Positions 13,371 through 25,952 of a stretch of 64,000 bases of DNA are shown piece by piece. Source of the stretch: Paramecium tetraurelia (lineage: Eukaryota); contig CT868681.1 in the NCBI GenBank assembly GCA_000165425.1, positions 62,001 through 126,000 of the forward strand, in the 5' to 3' direction. The notes below the pieces were generated by a model that worked only from the letters and a program-made list of their open reading frames with translations, was not told the origin of the DNA and searched no databases. A program made the translations under genes and the position numbers. Position 1 is the first letter of the stretch. Every line of letters starts with the position of its first letter.

Positions 13371-14464
13371 ATGGGGCAAACTTGCAATGGATGTTAGTGT
13401 TAGCATCGTTCCAATGAGTCCATTCAAGAAATCAATGTGAAAAAGAAACCCAAGAAGAAGGTAGAGAAGTAAGAGAAGCCTGAGAAATAGGAACATCGAT
13501 CCAATGAGGAAAAACAAATTGAAAATAGTTAACAACAAAACACGAAAATCTCATAGGGAGATGCAGCACTTAGAATACAAAGGAATTGGAAGAAGCATAA
13601 GAAATCGAAGGAAATTAGAGTTGAAAAGGCTGGAGCACATATAAAGTAGTAATACTTTCAAGAAGAGACTGCCAATGCATAACCTCCCCAGGATCCAAAT
13701 AGAGTGAAAAACCCCCCTTATAAGTAAGAGATCCTATAGAATTAGATTCCATTCTGGAGCTATATATGAAGGAGAATGGAAAGATAAAAAGAGAGATGGA
13801 TTTGGTATTCAAAAATGGACGGATGGAGCAAGGTATGAGGGTTAATGGGTGGAGAATAAGGCGTGTGGACAGGGGAAGTTTTTTCATGCTGATGGAGATC
13901 TTTTTGACGGAGAATGGAGAGATGATAAAGCCAATGGCTGGGGAATCTATAGTCATTTTAATGGTGCTAAGTATGAAGGGGAATGGAAGGACGATTTGTA
14001 ACATGGCAAGGGAACGGAGACTTGTAAGATTATTGTATCTTATGAAAGGGTAAGATAAATCGAAATATTGTGGAGATTACGTTAATGGAAAGAAGCATGG
14101 CAAAGGGAGATATGATTGGGCAGATGGATCTTACTATGATGGAGAATGGAGAGATAATAAAATCAATGGGTTTGGAACATACAAATGGGCTGATGGTCGA
14201 GGATATACTGGACAATGGTTGGACAATAATATGAATGGAGTGGGAGTTTATTAATGGAAGGATGGGAGAAAATATGATGGGTAATATTTGAACGATAAAA
14301 AACATGGATAAGGAACATATTATTGGGCAGATGGTAGAAAATATGAAGGAGGATGGAGAAATGGTAAATAGCATGGCACATCTAAGTACTATTTGAATGA
14401 TGGAACAATTAAGATAGGGATTTGGGAAGATGGTAAAAGACTCAGATGGTTAGAAGATGCATGA
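13371..14464 (+). CDS. MORN-repeat protein with N-terminal acylation motif and IQ-like motif
   Basis: [23 protein letters not shown]; about 9-10 repeats of YEGEW.D...HG.G...W.DG; introns near 13724-13745 and 14024-14048. Confidence 0.92.
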
Positions 14465-14523
14465 TCTAATATATTATTTTCTTGCTGTTACTATCTATTT
14501 AATGTAAACTTGCTATAAAAATA

Positions 14524-15456
14524 TCAATAATATATAGACAAGGTTCTATGGTGTGGCACTATGTCGAATCGTTATTCTTCGCCCATTTACCATAGTATCC
14601 AATCCACTTCTATACTATTTAATTTCTATCCTAACTTTTAGAACTCCTCCTTTATCAATTCTACTGCTATTACACTATTGGCCCTAATTTCAATCTCATA
14701 TTCAGATCCATGAGTAATTTCAACTTAATTTTTAATCTTATTCTCTAATTCTTCATCATATTGCAAAACATTTAATTAATTTAAAATTTATGGCACTCTG
14801 TAATCTGGAAACATAGTTAAGATTTCTATGTCATCAAATTTGCCTAATCCTTACCCTTTTAGTGCAGCATAAATATCTCCAATTAAGATTTGTGATCTCT
14901 TGTAAAAAAAGGTCTACCTACCCTGATATATTGCATGATCCTAAAATCCTAGAAATTGGGTTGTCAATATATTGAGTAATTTGGCTGCAGAATTTTTAGC
15001 AGCTTTGATTACATTCACAAATTCTCCTTCAAAAAATGTCACCAATACTTCTGAGGCATGTTTCAATAATCTATATCTCTCGGTGATCAATGGGAAATCA
15101 GGGTGATTGGGGAAGAGCAACTATTGAAATTCCTCAAATGACATTTTTAATATGGATTCTGCTTTGAATTGTTGGGGAGATTTCTAAAAACACTCTTTAA
15201 TGGCTGATGATAAGTTTTCGTATTCATAATCTTTTTGTGGCCAAAAACAAAAGTTTAGAGAATCCAATATAAACAAAAAGTCAACTACTTATTCCTCATC
15301 GGCTGCAAGATGACATTCATATTCATCAAATTCTTTGTATTTGTGTTTATTATTAATGAACCACTCATTGACTTATTTTTGTAATTCCTCCTTGTTGATT
15401 TTAACATGTTTGGAATTCTCACTCACAAACTGACAAGAATTTCTTACTAAACTCAT
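14524..15456 (-). CDS. QNG1: Queuosine 5'-phosphate N-glycosylase/hydrolase (Q salvage, DUF2419 family)
   Basis: Intronless 310 aa; LDSLNFCFWP, FYKRSQILIGDIY, LTMFPDYRVPQIL, EIEIRA, VDWILWQMG, HHRTLSIYY*. Confidence 0.92.
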
Positions 15457-15480
15457 TTATTAAATATTATATTAATATAG

Positions 15481-16611
15481 ATGTAAAAGAAAAGCACATA
15501 AATATGGAAGAGTTCATTTACCAAATAGAAAGAGTACAGATAAATGCAGAGAGTCATCTATCGTTTGATTGTCTATGTTATATATGGAGAATGGTTGATT
15601 CTTCTCTTCCAATGCATTTGCCTGTCCATTATCTTATTTTATGAAGTACCCCCAGTCATTATAATTAGTTTATTGGAATAATTATATTCTAATGTCTCCT
15701 TGTTTTAGTTTTGTTGAGATTGTTCAATAATGTATAAAGTAATTAAAGTTAAATAATAGGATTGTTGATCTTTCAATAAGAGTGCAAAGCTTGTAAATAA
15801 TTAATCTTTTGTTAAATTTGCCATCATTGCGAATCAATTGTACTTCACATAGGATTCTTGGAAATGTGTTTAGTCGAAGATTAAATTAAGTAACAGCCTA
15901 TTACATTTAAGACTCCTCAAAAATATAGTGGGCGTGTTCTTAACTAAAATAATTGCATAAGTGATCATCCAATCTTATACTGCTATGATAATTGAGAAGT
16001 CTATGCAATTTTACACTGCTTTCTTAACAATAATAATAATTGTCTTATTTTTTAACATAGTGCTTTTATTATTACTTATCTTTCTTGCATGGAAAGTATC
16101 TTATGAAATTCGGAACAAATAACAAGTCATAACTCCTAAGGATGAGTTCAAAATGATTGAGTAAGAGGATGATAAATGTCATCAAATAGTAAATGAAAAA
16201 GTGGAATAAAAGAATCCAACCCCAGATCAATAGGAAATTGAAGACAAAGGATCTGTCAATGTATCTATCAATGAGGACATAAGTCCAGCCATGCTGAAAT
16301 TAGTAATATCAAAAATTAATCAAGAAATCGAGTTTAAGTCCAAGTCCTGGTAGATACCGCTCTGGTAAAATACTTGATTTTTTAGAAAAGAAATTAAGTC
16401 ATGCCAAATTGAGTCAAAAAGAATTACATAATGGATACAGCAAAGAATACAGTAGAAAATATAATACCAATCAACGTAATCCTATTCATCTATCACAGCA
16501 TTATAAATTAGTGTAGATTTTGGAGAACAAGAAGATGTCTCACTTAAAAACAAAATTGAACTAGAAATCAACAATCATAACTTCTTTAAATAAACTAAAT
16601 TCATATCTTGA
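15481..16611 (+). CDS. Hypothetical multi-pass membrane protein with a Cys/His cluster
   Basis: Hydrophobic segments flank CKAC...CQICHHC...H...C; several short introns; TGA at 16609-16611. Confidence 0.6.
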
Positions 16612-16614
16612 TAC

Positions 16615-17671
16615 TCATTTTTTCTTTATACTAAATTACAACACTACATAAAAGCCTAAAATAACGACTGCAAAGATGCCCAACATCACAAGTCTATTTC
16701 TTGTGTCTTCCTTCTTCTATAAGATTTCCTTATTAGCTTCTGCCTCTTTTTATCTTTTCTTTGCTTCTTTTTCTTCACTGATCTAATTCTCTACTTCCTT
16801 AGCTCTTTACTATTGTCTCTCTTTCTAATCAATTAATTAAATACATACTCTATCTTCGGCTATTTGTCTTTTCCTAACTTATTATTCCTACTATTCTAAT
16901 TCAATCTTCTTTTTTCTATCTTCAATTATCTATAAATAAGTTAATCCAGCTCTATTTAATTTATTGACATCTAAGTTGACATTATCCTTATTTTAAAGTA
17001 ACACCTTCAAGAATAATTACTTATCATTTATAGCAGCAATATGCAATGGTACATTTCCTTCTTTGTTTTACTAATTCCAAATGTCAATTTATAATGCATT
17101 ATCTCTATGTCTTTTAATTATGGCATTCAGCAATTCGGCATTGCCACTAAAGGCTAATATATGCAACACATTCTCTTGATCTTCATCCTGATTCAATAAT
17201 CCAATCTCATTTTATATTAAGTATAATGCGTTTTCATCTTATTCTGCATTTATTGCCAAATGCAATAAGTTTCCTTTCGTAGGTACCTTATATTCTAAAT
17301 TTAAATAACTAATTACTTATCAACAATTAGATCATCTAAACTGTTCCAATTACAACTGCATGTTCCAAATAAGATCTACCTTCGATCTCCACTTCTACAT
17401 CAACTTAATGAGTCTGTAATAAAGCTTAGGCTCCTTCCAAGAAATTCAATTAAATTGATGTAAATAAAGGAGTGCTTTTATCAATATGATTCACAAAGTT
17501 AACATCGGCCTTCTTTGCCAATAATGCTTTCACTAATTTTAAATTGTTATTTGTTAATGCAATTTATAACAAAGATTTGCCAGTCTTCTTATCAATCTCA
17601 TCAAGATTCTCCCCTTTGTCTATAAGATCTAAACAGCTCTCTGTGTTATCCTTTTAGAATTCTCTAATCAT
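16615..17671 (-). CDS. Ankyrin-repeat protein with coiled coil and C-terminal transmembrane anchor
   Basis: TGKSLLQIALTNNNLKLVKALLAKKADVN, GNLLHLA, ENVLHILAFSGN, GNVPLHIAA; ends LVMLGIFAVVILGFYVVLQFSIKKK*. Confidence 0.85.
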
Positions 17672-17749
17672 TTTTACAATTTCTTATAAAATTTATGTAT
17701 GAATAAAAATAAATCATATATATATCCATCATAAATAATTAATCTTTTA

Positions 17750-18663
17750 CTATTTAGCATTTTCTTTAATTTTCTTTAAGCATATTTACCTTCCTACCTC
17801 AAAATTTTTTTCAAAAGTATTCAATTCATTCTAAGTAAAATTCTCCAATTCTAATATTTAGCTATAATTAATTACCAATATTATTCAATTTCAAATCATG
17901 AACACTCTCATTTAAAGTACCAATTGTAAAACGTTTAAAATCTTAGAATAATAAAAATTATTATTCATCATTTCCTCTATATTTAACTAAACTTTTAAAT
18001 TCATCATAACTCTTGTTTATTAATTTCTTTATAATCTCTTTAACAAGTTGAACTTTTTATTAATCATTCATTACTGGAAGACCTTTCAAAAGTTTACTGG
18101 AGTATTGTACAAAACAGTTGTATATTTCCTAAAGTTCAAGCTGTAATACCTCATCATAGCAATTTTATAAGCTAAGTAATTCACTTTCTGTAGGTATCAT
18201 TTTTTAAGGTTGAGAATCCTTCATCTCAGAATCGAATAAATTACAAAGTGTTTCTCTAGAATCCTCATGTGAAGCAAAAATTATAGATTTTATTCCGACT
18301 TTCTGATAATATTCTGTTAAATAATCTTTTTCCCTTTATTTATCATCAGAACGATCAAATTGTGTAATTACTATTGTAATTCTATCTTTAAATCTTTCAA
18401 ACGCTTTTATTAATCTTTGGCAAGAATGTATTATGTTAATATATCGTCCATAAGATACAACAACCATTACTCTTGAGATTTCATTTTTTTCAAATATATT
18501 TAAAAATGCTGGAGCCACGCCTATACTATCTTCTGTGGTTAATCTAGGTGTATCAATTAATGTAAATCCCAGCTTTAACTTTTTGATTAGAATTAGTAAT
18601 TTTATTAAACAGAGTTGTCTTACCAGCTCCAATATCACTAACCATTACTGCAACTTTTTTCAT
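17750..18663 (-). pseudogene. Disabled P-loop GTPase (AIG1/MMR_HSR1-like ciliate family)
   Basis: G1 VSDIGAGKTTLFNKIT hits TGA after KAG; G3 (LIDTPR) and G4 (TQFD) continue in another frame; switch I/G2 segment is missing; 3' end approximate. Confidence 0.7.
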
Positions 18664-18897
18664 TTTAATTCAGTTATAGATATTCTTACCGATTCCTTCT
18701 TAAATACCCAAATATTCTATTAAAAAATTCTATTAAGTTATTTTTAATATTCAGATCATTTTATAGTTTGTTATAATTTGAATATAATATATTTTGGATA
18801 AAGCAAAGAACACAACTAAATAAATATAATAAAATTTTGGATCCGCTCTTTGTTAGAATACAAAAAGTAAATTATTAAATAATTTGTTTTATAAAAT

Positions 18898-20637
18898 ATG
18901 AAAGGTTTACGTAACCTCCTTAATAAGGATTATGAAGATTTTCTATAACAAAAACTTGAATAGAATAATCCAAACAAATTGATAACTAAAAGAACCGTTG
19001 CAACTAGGGAATCAGGTAGACCTGTTGGATCTCGAATGTACTAAAGACTTTAAAAACCTGAATCAGCAAGTTAAAGCATGGGAAATCTATTTGCAAATGT
19101 GAAAGGAAATTTATTCGCAAATCCGAAACATTCCCTTTAATAGGAGGCTAGTCCCTACCTAATTGAATAATAAGAAAAGTTTATTGTTAAGTAATATTGG
19201 AGATCCTTACTTCGTTGGCAAGGATTTGATGACTATCTCTTCTTGAGGGATCCACTTAATATCAAGCATATAAAAGGGAGGGATATTTTAACAAAGAATG
19301 ATGTAGTTGAGGAATTGAATTCATCAAATATGCATATGCAAGTAATGTATTAAGCAGACAGTGGAATGCAAGAATATAAAGATTAACATAGGAGATTGCA
19401 GATGCAACAATTATAGAAATTATATCAACCTGGGGAAGCAAATTATTAGAAATTCAATCCAGATAAATATAAATAAACATTTTTCGGTGGGAGAGATGCA
19501 GCTAAGTTGTAGTAGATAGTGTTTGAGAATCCAAAGTTTGTAGAGTTTATTGAAAAGATACAGAAGTTGCTATAGATTATGAACGAGAAGATGGTTGTTG
19601 AGGAAGTGAATTAGATTTCACCTATTGGAGAGAGGATGATTAGGTTATTATGGAAGACAGGGTGTTTGAACATGTTTTTAGTTGGTTATTACATTCATAA
19701 TATGATATTGGAGATATATGGCAAGGAGAAACTGGCATATTCCAATTGGAAAAAGGTATTGAGAATTTGTAATATGCAAGGGAATCACTGTCATAAATAT
19801 AAACTAATAGCTTATAAGCACATAGCTAAGATTTGTATTAAACTTTAGTAGTACGACAAAAGTTTAATTTACCTCAAGAAGATGCTGAAATTATCATGGA
19901 TAGTTAATGACACCAACTATGAGATCTTTACTTATGATAAAATCTCATTGTGCTATTATTACAAATAAAACATGAATAAAGCCATCTATTATCATGAGAA
20001 ATTTGCTTAAGGAGAGTATGAAGAACCAGGCAAAGGCATGAGAAATGTGGGTGAAGCAGCGTATTTATTGGATGCTAAAACCAAAGAAGGATTTATTGAT
20101 CAAAATTCGTACTCTGAAGATGAATATGATTTAGATGTATTGTTACAGAATGGTAATCTTAATAAGTGGGAAACTGAGAACAAGAGGAAGGATCTCAAAA
20201 TATTGGTCAAGAAAATACCAATGGAATATAAGAAAGGACATAGTTTTGGTAAGATTCATAGGCCAACAAACAAGGTCATCGATTTTAAACATGCCATGTT
20301 AATACTGCATCAATTCTAAAATAAATAAGCAGTTCCATTGGGACCTATTTATTAGAAAGAAGTACAGGAATAGTAGGAACAAACTGTCAAGAAATTTAAA
20401 AAGAAAGATTAAACTCAATCATGTCAATATTTGTTTAATTAAAAAAGCACCAATAGAGTGGCATCCAACTTTTTATTGTAAGAAGAGATTAAGGACTAAA
20501 CCACCAATGACACTTTGTGTTTTAAACCGTCTGAAAATATTTACTACATCAAAAAAATGATCAGGGTCTTTTAATATGATCTTAAGTATTTATTATAGAA
20601 ACAATCTCTTTTTAAAAACTCCACTGATAGTATATGA
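18898..20637 (+). CDS. TPR-containing hypothetical protein (579 aa, intronless)
   Basis: 1740-nt open frame; TPR-like helices AYKHIAKICIKLQQYDKSLIYLKKML and TYDKISLCYYYKQNMNKAIYYHEK. Confidence 0.8.
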
Positions 20638-20662
20638 TATTTTATATATAATAAGTTATTTA

Positions 20663-22605
20663 ATGCATTAACATATTACACTTAATTGTCAAAATACCAA
20701 AAAGGGATATCTGATATAGAGAACAGGTAACAAACCTGGGGATAGAATAAGTGAAAGACAATCTTTTGCATAATATGTGAATTAATTGTCAGAAACTTAA
20801 CAATAATTAATAACCCAAATTAAGTCAACTCCACGGAAAAACTAGTAATTTAATAGTCATCCTAATCTTCCTAAGTTACATTCTCCAGACATCATGAGTA
20901 GACGTTTTGTTTTGAATATTGCCAAATGTCCAATCAATAATTATTAATCTCCCATTTTTAGACCTAATGGAGTCTAACAACAATAACAGTTCTATCATCC
21001 CGTTTAATCATCTCGACATTCATCTCTTGACATAAGGAAATCAATGGTTGTATAGAATAAGCTCGCACCTATCTAAAAGAGTTCAATTATCAATCTGAGT
21101 GGCAGAAGTGTCAGAGATGAGGATATGAGTTTGTTTTATTATAAAATCGGTGGAGATGATGTAGTTGATTAATTAAATGAAGAATTTTACAATTTTTCAA
21201 GTCAGCATGACATGATTAAAAGTATGTAATTAACATAAATTAATTTAAGACATTGAAGATCATGAATAATATAAGGCTCATTTTAAGATATTTTTAGAAT
21301 ATATTATGGGCAAACCAGTGTTTTATAATCTTGAATAGCTGAAAGATAAGCATAAAAATCTAGGACTTAAAAATAATGATTTCAACGAATTTAAAAATTA
21401 TCTTATTGTATTTTTTTTCACTTAACTTTTAGACATGCTTTTTAAAAGTTAATAAAACTTAGCCAGAGCATGTTTTTGAATTTAGTTCTATGATTGAATA
21501 ATATCGATACTGTATAATTAATAGCGATACTCCATTTGCTATTATATACAATCAAAAAACTGAGAAACTAAGCACTAAAGAAGTCCCAGACACCATTCTG
21601 TGTATGGCTGAAAGGAGTTATCAGAAGATATTTGCTGACAATACATTGGCTCATTACTTTATAGGAATTCAACTCCATGAATAGGCTAAGAAATTAGGCA
21701 AAATATTGCACCAAATGATGGGTTGGGACTAGACTTCTGATTAAGCCTTATTAGATATGAGGGAATCTCATAAAAGTATGCATTTAAATAATGTACATTT
21801 CACACTATTTAAATAACATATGATTGAGTCCATGAGATAATTACACATCTAAGAGAAATAAATAGAACTTGTTACCTCGAGAATGGATGGATATAGAAGT
21901 TACATCATTAACCAAGATTCCTTACTTGAGTTTTACAGAGATCAGCCAACATTGCTTTAGGTTTAACAGAAAAAGTATGTCCAACTGCTTAGAAGAGATC
22001 ATAGAATGCAAAACTTCCCTTAAGAGGCATTTAGTAGACATGCCTAATTCATTCTTAGGTATCTCACACATTAACATCTACCTACTCTTACTCATAACGA
22101 CTTGTGGACCATTCATTCTAAATACAATATAGCTATTGAATGGATTGAATCTTTTCAGGATAATTTCTTTCTCTTAATTCAAAATCTCAACTTAAATCCT
22201 CTAGTTATCTAAGATTATGAGGATATATGGTTTAAACTTAAAAGTAACCTTACTCAATAATATTCTGTCCAAAAACTCGTTGGCAAATAGAAAGTAGACT
22301 AAATTCTCACAAAAGTTTAGTTTAAAATGCAAGACAATGAGAATTTTAATGAATACTTCAAAAATGCCAATTACTAAATGAGTCAGCATCTTAAAAGGAT
22401 CATGACATTCATTTTTAAAGATCAACATCTATATAAATCAAATGACTTAAAGGTTATTCATTAATCACTTAAGATCAAAGAACCCACGTTTGATTTGTTT
22501 GTTATATTTTTAAAAGATGCTATGAAAGAAGAATAAATCCATCATCATTTAATAAAGACAGCTGAAGAAACCTGTGAATTTTATAAGAAAAGCATATGTA
22601 ATTGA
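20663..22605 (+). CDS. Multidomain truncated (2/2, group I-like) haemoglobin: N-terminal extension plus four tandem globin domains, 629 aa
   Basis: SLFYYKIGG...EEFY...MGKPVFY...LKDKHKNLGL; MRESHKSMHL; LWTIHSKYNI; LKVIHQSLKI; introns of 28 and 25 nt give a 1890-nt frame. Confidence 0.8.
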
Positions 22606-22768
22606 TTACTTGCAACTTTAATAAATTGAATTTCTTAATATAATAATTTAATAATTTATTTGCTTAAAATTTGAATATTTTCAATGTTATGCGTCATCAT
22701 TCAAAATTAAATTAATTTATATATATTTCTACAATGAATAAGAAGTATTATCAATTATTATCAGAATC

Positions 22769-23287
22769 TCAATAGAACCACTCCTTGCCGTAAATCCTCT
22801 CTACCCAATCACTAAAAGACACAGGGTCCTTTGAAGAAATTATTTTTGATTCCTCCTTTGTCACCTCCTCGTCCATTTATATTGTTGGCAGTCTTGAAGC
22901 CCTATTGGCCACTATTCTAAATCCACATTCATAGGATTTCTTAACCCCAGGCATCAATGGGCCAGGTTCTTGACTTGATGAATAATGACTCTTCCCCCTA
23001 TTTTTGTTAGAAACAAAAGGCTTTCTATTTGGTAGCGCAACTACTGGGCTTTTGAACTTTTTGTTTGTCTCCACTCTAAAAACCTATTCCAGATTATCCA
23101 TTGAATTCCTTGCGTTAAAGTAGTTATTGCTCTTTTGAAAGTTAATTTACTCTTTTATTGGATATTTTAATGAATTCTTTCGTCTAACATAGTCAACCTC
23201 CTCCCTCTATGATTATTTGTTCATTATTATTCTATGAAGTTATCCAGATATTAGGGTTCTATTTGATTACACTGATTTATTAAACAT
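22769..23287 (-). CDS. Hypothetical basic protein (172 aa)
   Basis: Intronless 519-nt frame ending PVSFSDWVERIYGKEWFY*. Confidence 0.75.
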
Positions 23288-23781
23288 TGAAATATTTAAT
23301 TTAAATTATTAAAATAACATTATTACCTAAATCTTAATTTAAATGACAGCTTATTAAGAATAAATTATTTATAGAACTACCAATTAAATAATAATTATAA
23401 TCTTCATATGTTTATATTTTATATAATTATATTAAGCTATTTCAAATAATTAATACAAATTTGTGTTATTTCACAAAAGATGTATAAATTATATGTTTTG
23501 CATTACTTGATTGATAAATGTATTGCAATCAAATACTTAAATGTCTAGAATTGTATAATGTAATACTTAATTACCAAATTGCATAATAAGTATTATAACT
23601 TGAAATTTTAATAACTTTTGAAATTCATAAAATTAAGTAGTATAGATAGAATGAATTTGAATGCTTATTAGTATAAGTGATATAATTACAATTGAATCTT
23701 GATGAATTGTATTATGATTTATTCTAAATTTATTCTCATTAGTAATTTTATTTTAGATATATAGTATAGTTATTTACTACA

Positions 23782-25297
23782 ATGAGAATTTAAGCTACAT
23801 CCTTTAGATTGCCATCATTAAAACTATAAACAAAAGACTCTTACTAGTGTTTCAGTAACCAGGATAATAATCTTTCAAATTCATCAATGATTAAACACTA
23901 AAGTAGTCTCCTATGGAATTATGATCCAACTCCAATTAAGAAGAGAGTTAGAGGAATGAACATAATCATTTACAATAGTCATGAAAAGCTAAAGACAGCA
24001 GATTATTACAATCGAACAGAAATCATAACTTAGATCTAAGAAACAAATTAAAGTACTTCAGTTGTCAATACATTTCGACGATATAGAAATAAACTTAAGC
24101 AATTGATGTAGCCTTCCAAAAATGAAGGAATAAATTCAAGAAATCCTCTTTTATATATTTTTAAAGATCCTCGACCTCCTATTAGATTGGATCGATTGAA
24201 TACGATCATAAATGTCACCAACTTTAAGAAAAAGTAAGACTGTTAATGAGTAAGGTGAGATTACTCATTTCTTCTTAATAGCTCTATCAAGAGCCAATTA
24301 ATTAGGATATATTTCATGTAACTCTTGTAAAACTAAAAGATGAATATGACTGTTTATACCAAGACTTCAATGACTACTATGTCTAAATAAATAAATTGGA
24401 TAAACATGTAATAAAACTGCTGAATCATTTGGAAATCATCTAGACACTATTGAAACCAAAATAGCCAAATAAAGTTATAAAATAACAACAATAATAACCT
24501 TATATACGACAACTAGATGAATAATCTCTTATTGGAGAAGTGCATGAAGTTATTGAAGATACACATTAACAATCTTAAATTGTTCAACATCAAGAATTTT
24601 CCTTTTTGGAACAAAATGAATAGAATATTAATTAACCGAGAGAGCCTAGTATATTTATTCCTCTCACTCCTAAACAATATAATGTTGCTCAATCTCTAAG
24701 TGATTTGGAGGACGATTATCAAAATAAACCAAATAAGCCAAAAAAATAAAAAAATTTAAACAACAATCCTTCAAAACCTTAGGATATTATTAATGTTGAT
24801 TTATAGACGATAGAAACAATAATTTAGAAAACTAACCTTAGGTTACTTTATAAGTATAACATCAACCAAAAGTAAATTAAAGATTAACTCCTTAAAATAA
24901 TTAAACTTAATCCATTTAATAAAATGATATTTATGACTAATCAAATATATTAAAAGAAGATAATAATCCTTAAATTGAAAAGCCTACTTTTAAGAGAATA
25001 ACAAGCTGTTTAGGATCAACTAGTAAAAGAAGAAATGCAATGTTGGAGAGTAAGGATGGTTATAACAATTAAAATAAGGTGGGGACAATTTTAGAATAGG
25101 ATAATAATAATTAAGAGGATGATGAAGAACAAGAAGTGTTATAAATGGATTGTTTGACTGACTTAAATGATGAACAATAATATGAAACTAAGATGAAAAA
25201 TTGCATAAATATTTATAAATATCCATTTTAGTAAGATTGGGAATTTCACATTCATGAAATTATTAAAAGTACCATTATTTGTGAATATGATTTATGA
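23782..25297 (+). CDS. Hypothetical low-complexity protein
   Basis: MRIQATSFRLPSLK... to WEFHIHEIIKSTIICEYDL*; at least one intron near 24235-24280. Confidence 0.65.
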
Positions 25298-25952
25298 ATA
25301 AAACTCTTTTGTTTAATTAACTTATATAAGATTTAACCTAGATTGGTATTTAATCTAGATAAAATGAAAGAGATTTACTATTCTTGGAAACCTATTAAAA
25401 TACTAATACTAATATTATTATCCTATTATCCCATATATTAGTATTTATAATCTTCATAAATTTGTTGTAATTAAAATAATAAAAGGTGGATATTCATTTT
25501 TATATATATAAAATTTATAATTTATTTTATTATATAATTTATATTTTATTTTAAGAAATCAGTTGTTAATAATTTTTGTTAAGTAATCTTTATTTTAATC
25601 AAAACTTCGATGATTAAATTATTAATGGTAGAGTTTTATAGAAGAAAATCCTTATTTTGGCTCAAAAGTCAAAGGTGTATTTAAATACAAAATCTTATTA
25701 TTAAATTTTATCGTGAGAATTAAATACTTTAAAAAAACTGAATCATATTGTGTAATAAAATTGACAATAATCTATTAATTGAACTTTTGTTAATCTCAGT
25801 TCTTCTTGAGACGAAAATGAGCAGTATTAATAATTCATAAAGGAATTTATAAGTTTATTATTTGAGACTCAATATTTTTTAGGTGATATAAAAAGTGTGA
25901 TATTGAAATGATACCTATTTATAATTCAATAATATTTTTAATTTTCAAGAAA

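Noticed and set aside
13615..14381. Minus-strand ORFs of 72-129 aa and plus ORF 13766-14053 from the ORF track
   Set aside because: Antisense or out-of-frame shadows of the purine-rich MORN-repeat gene.
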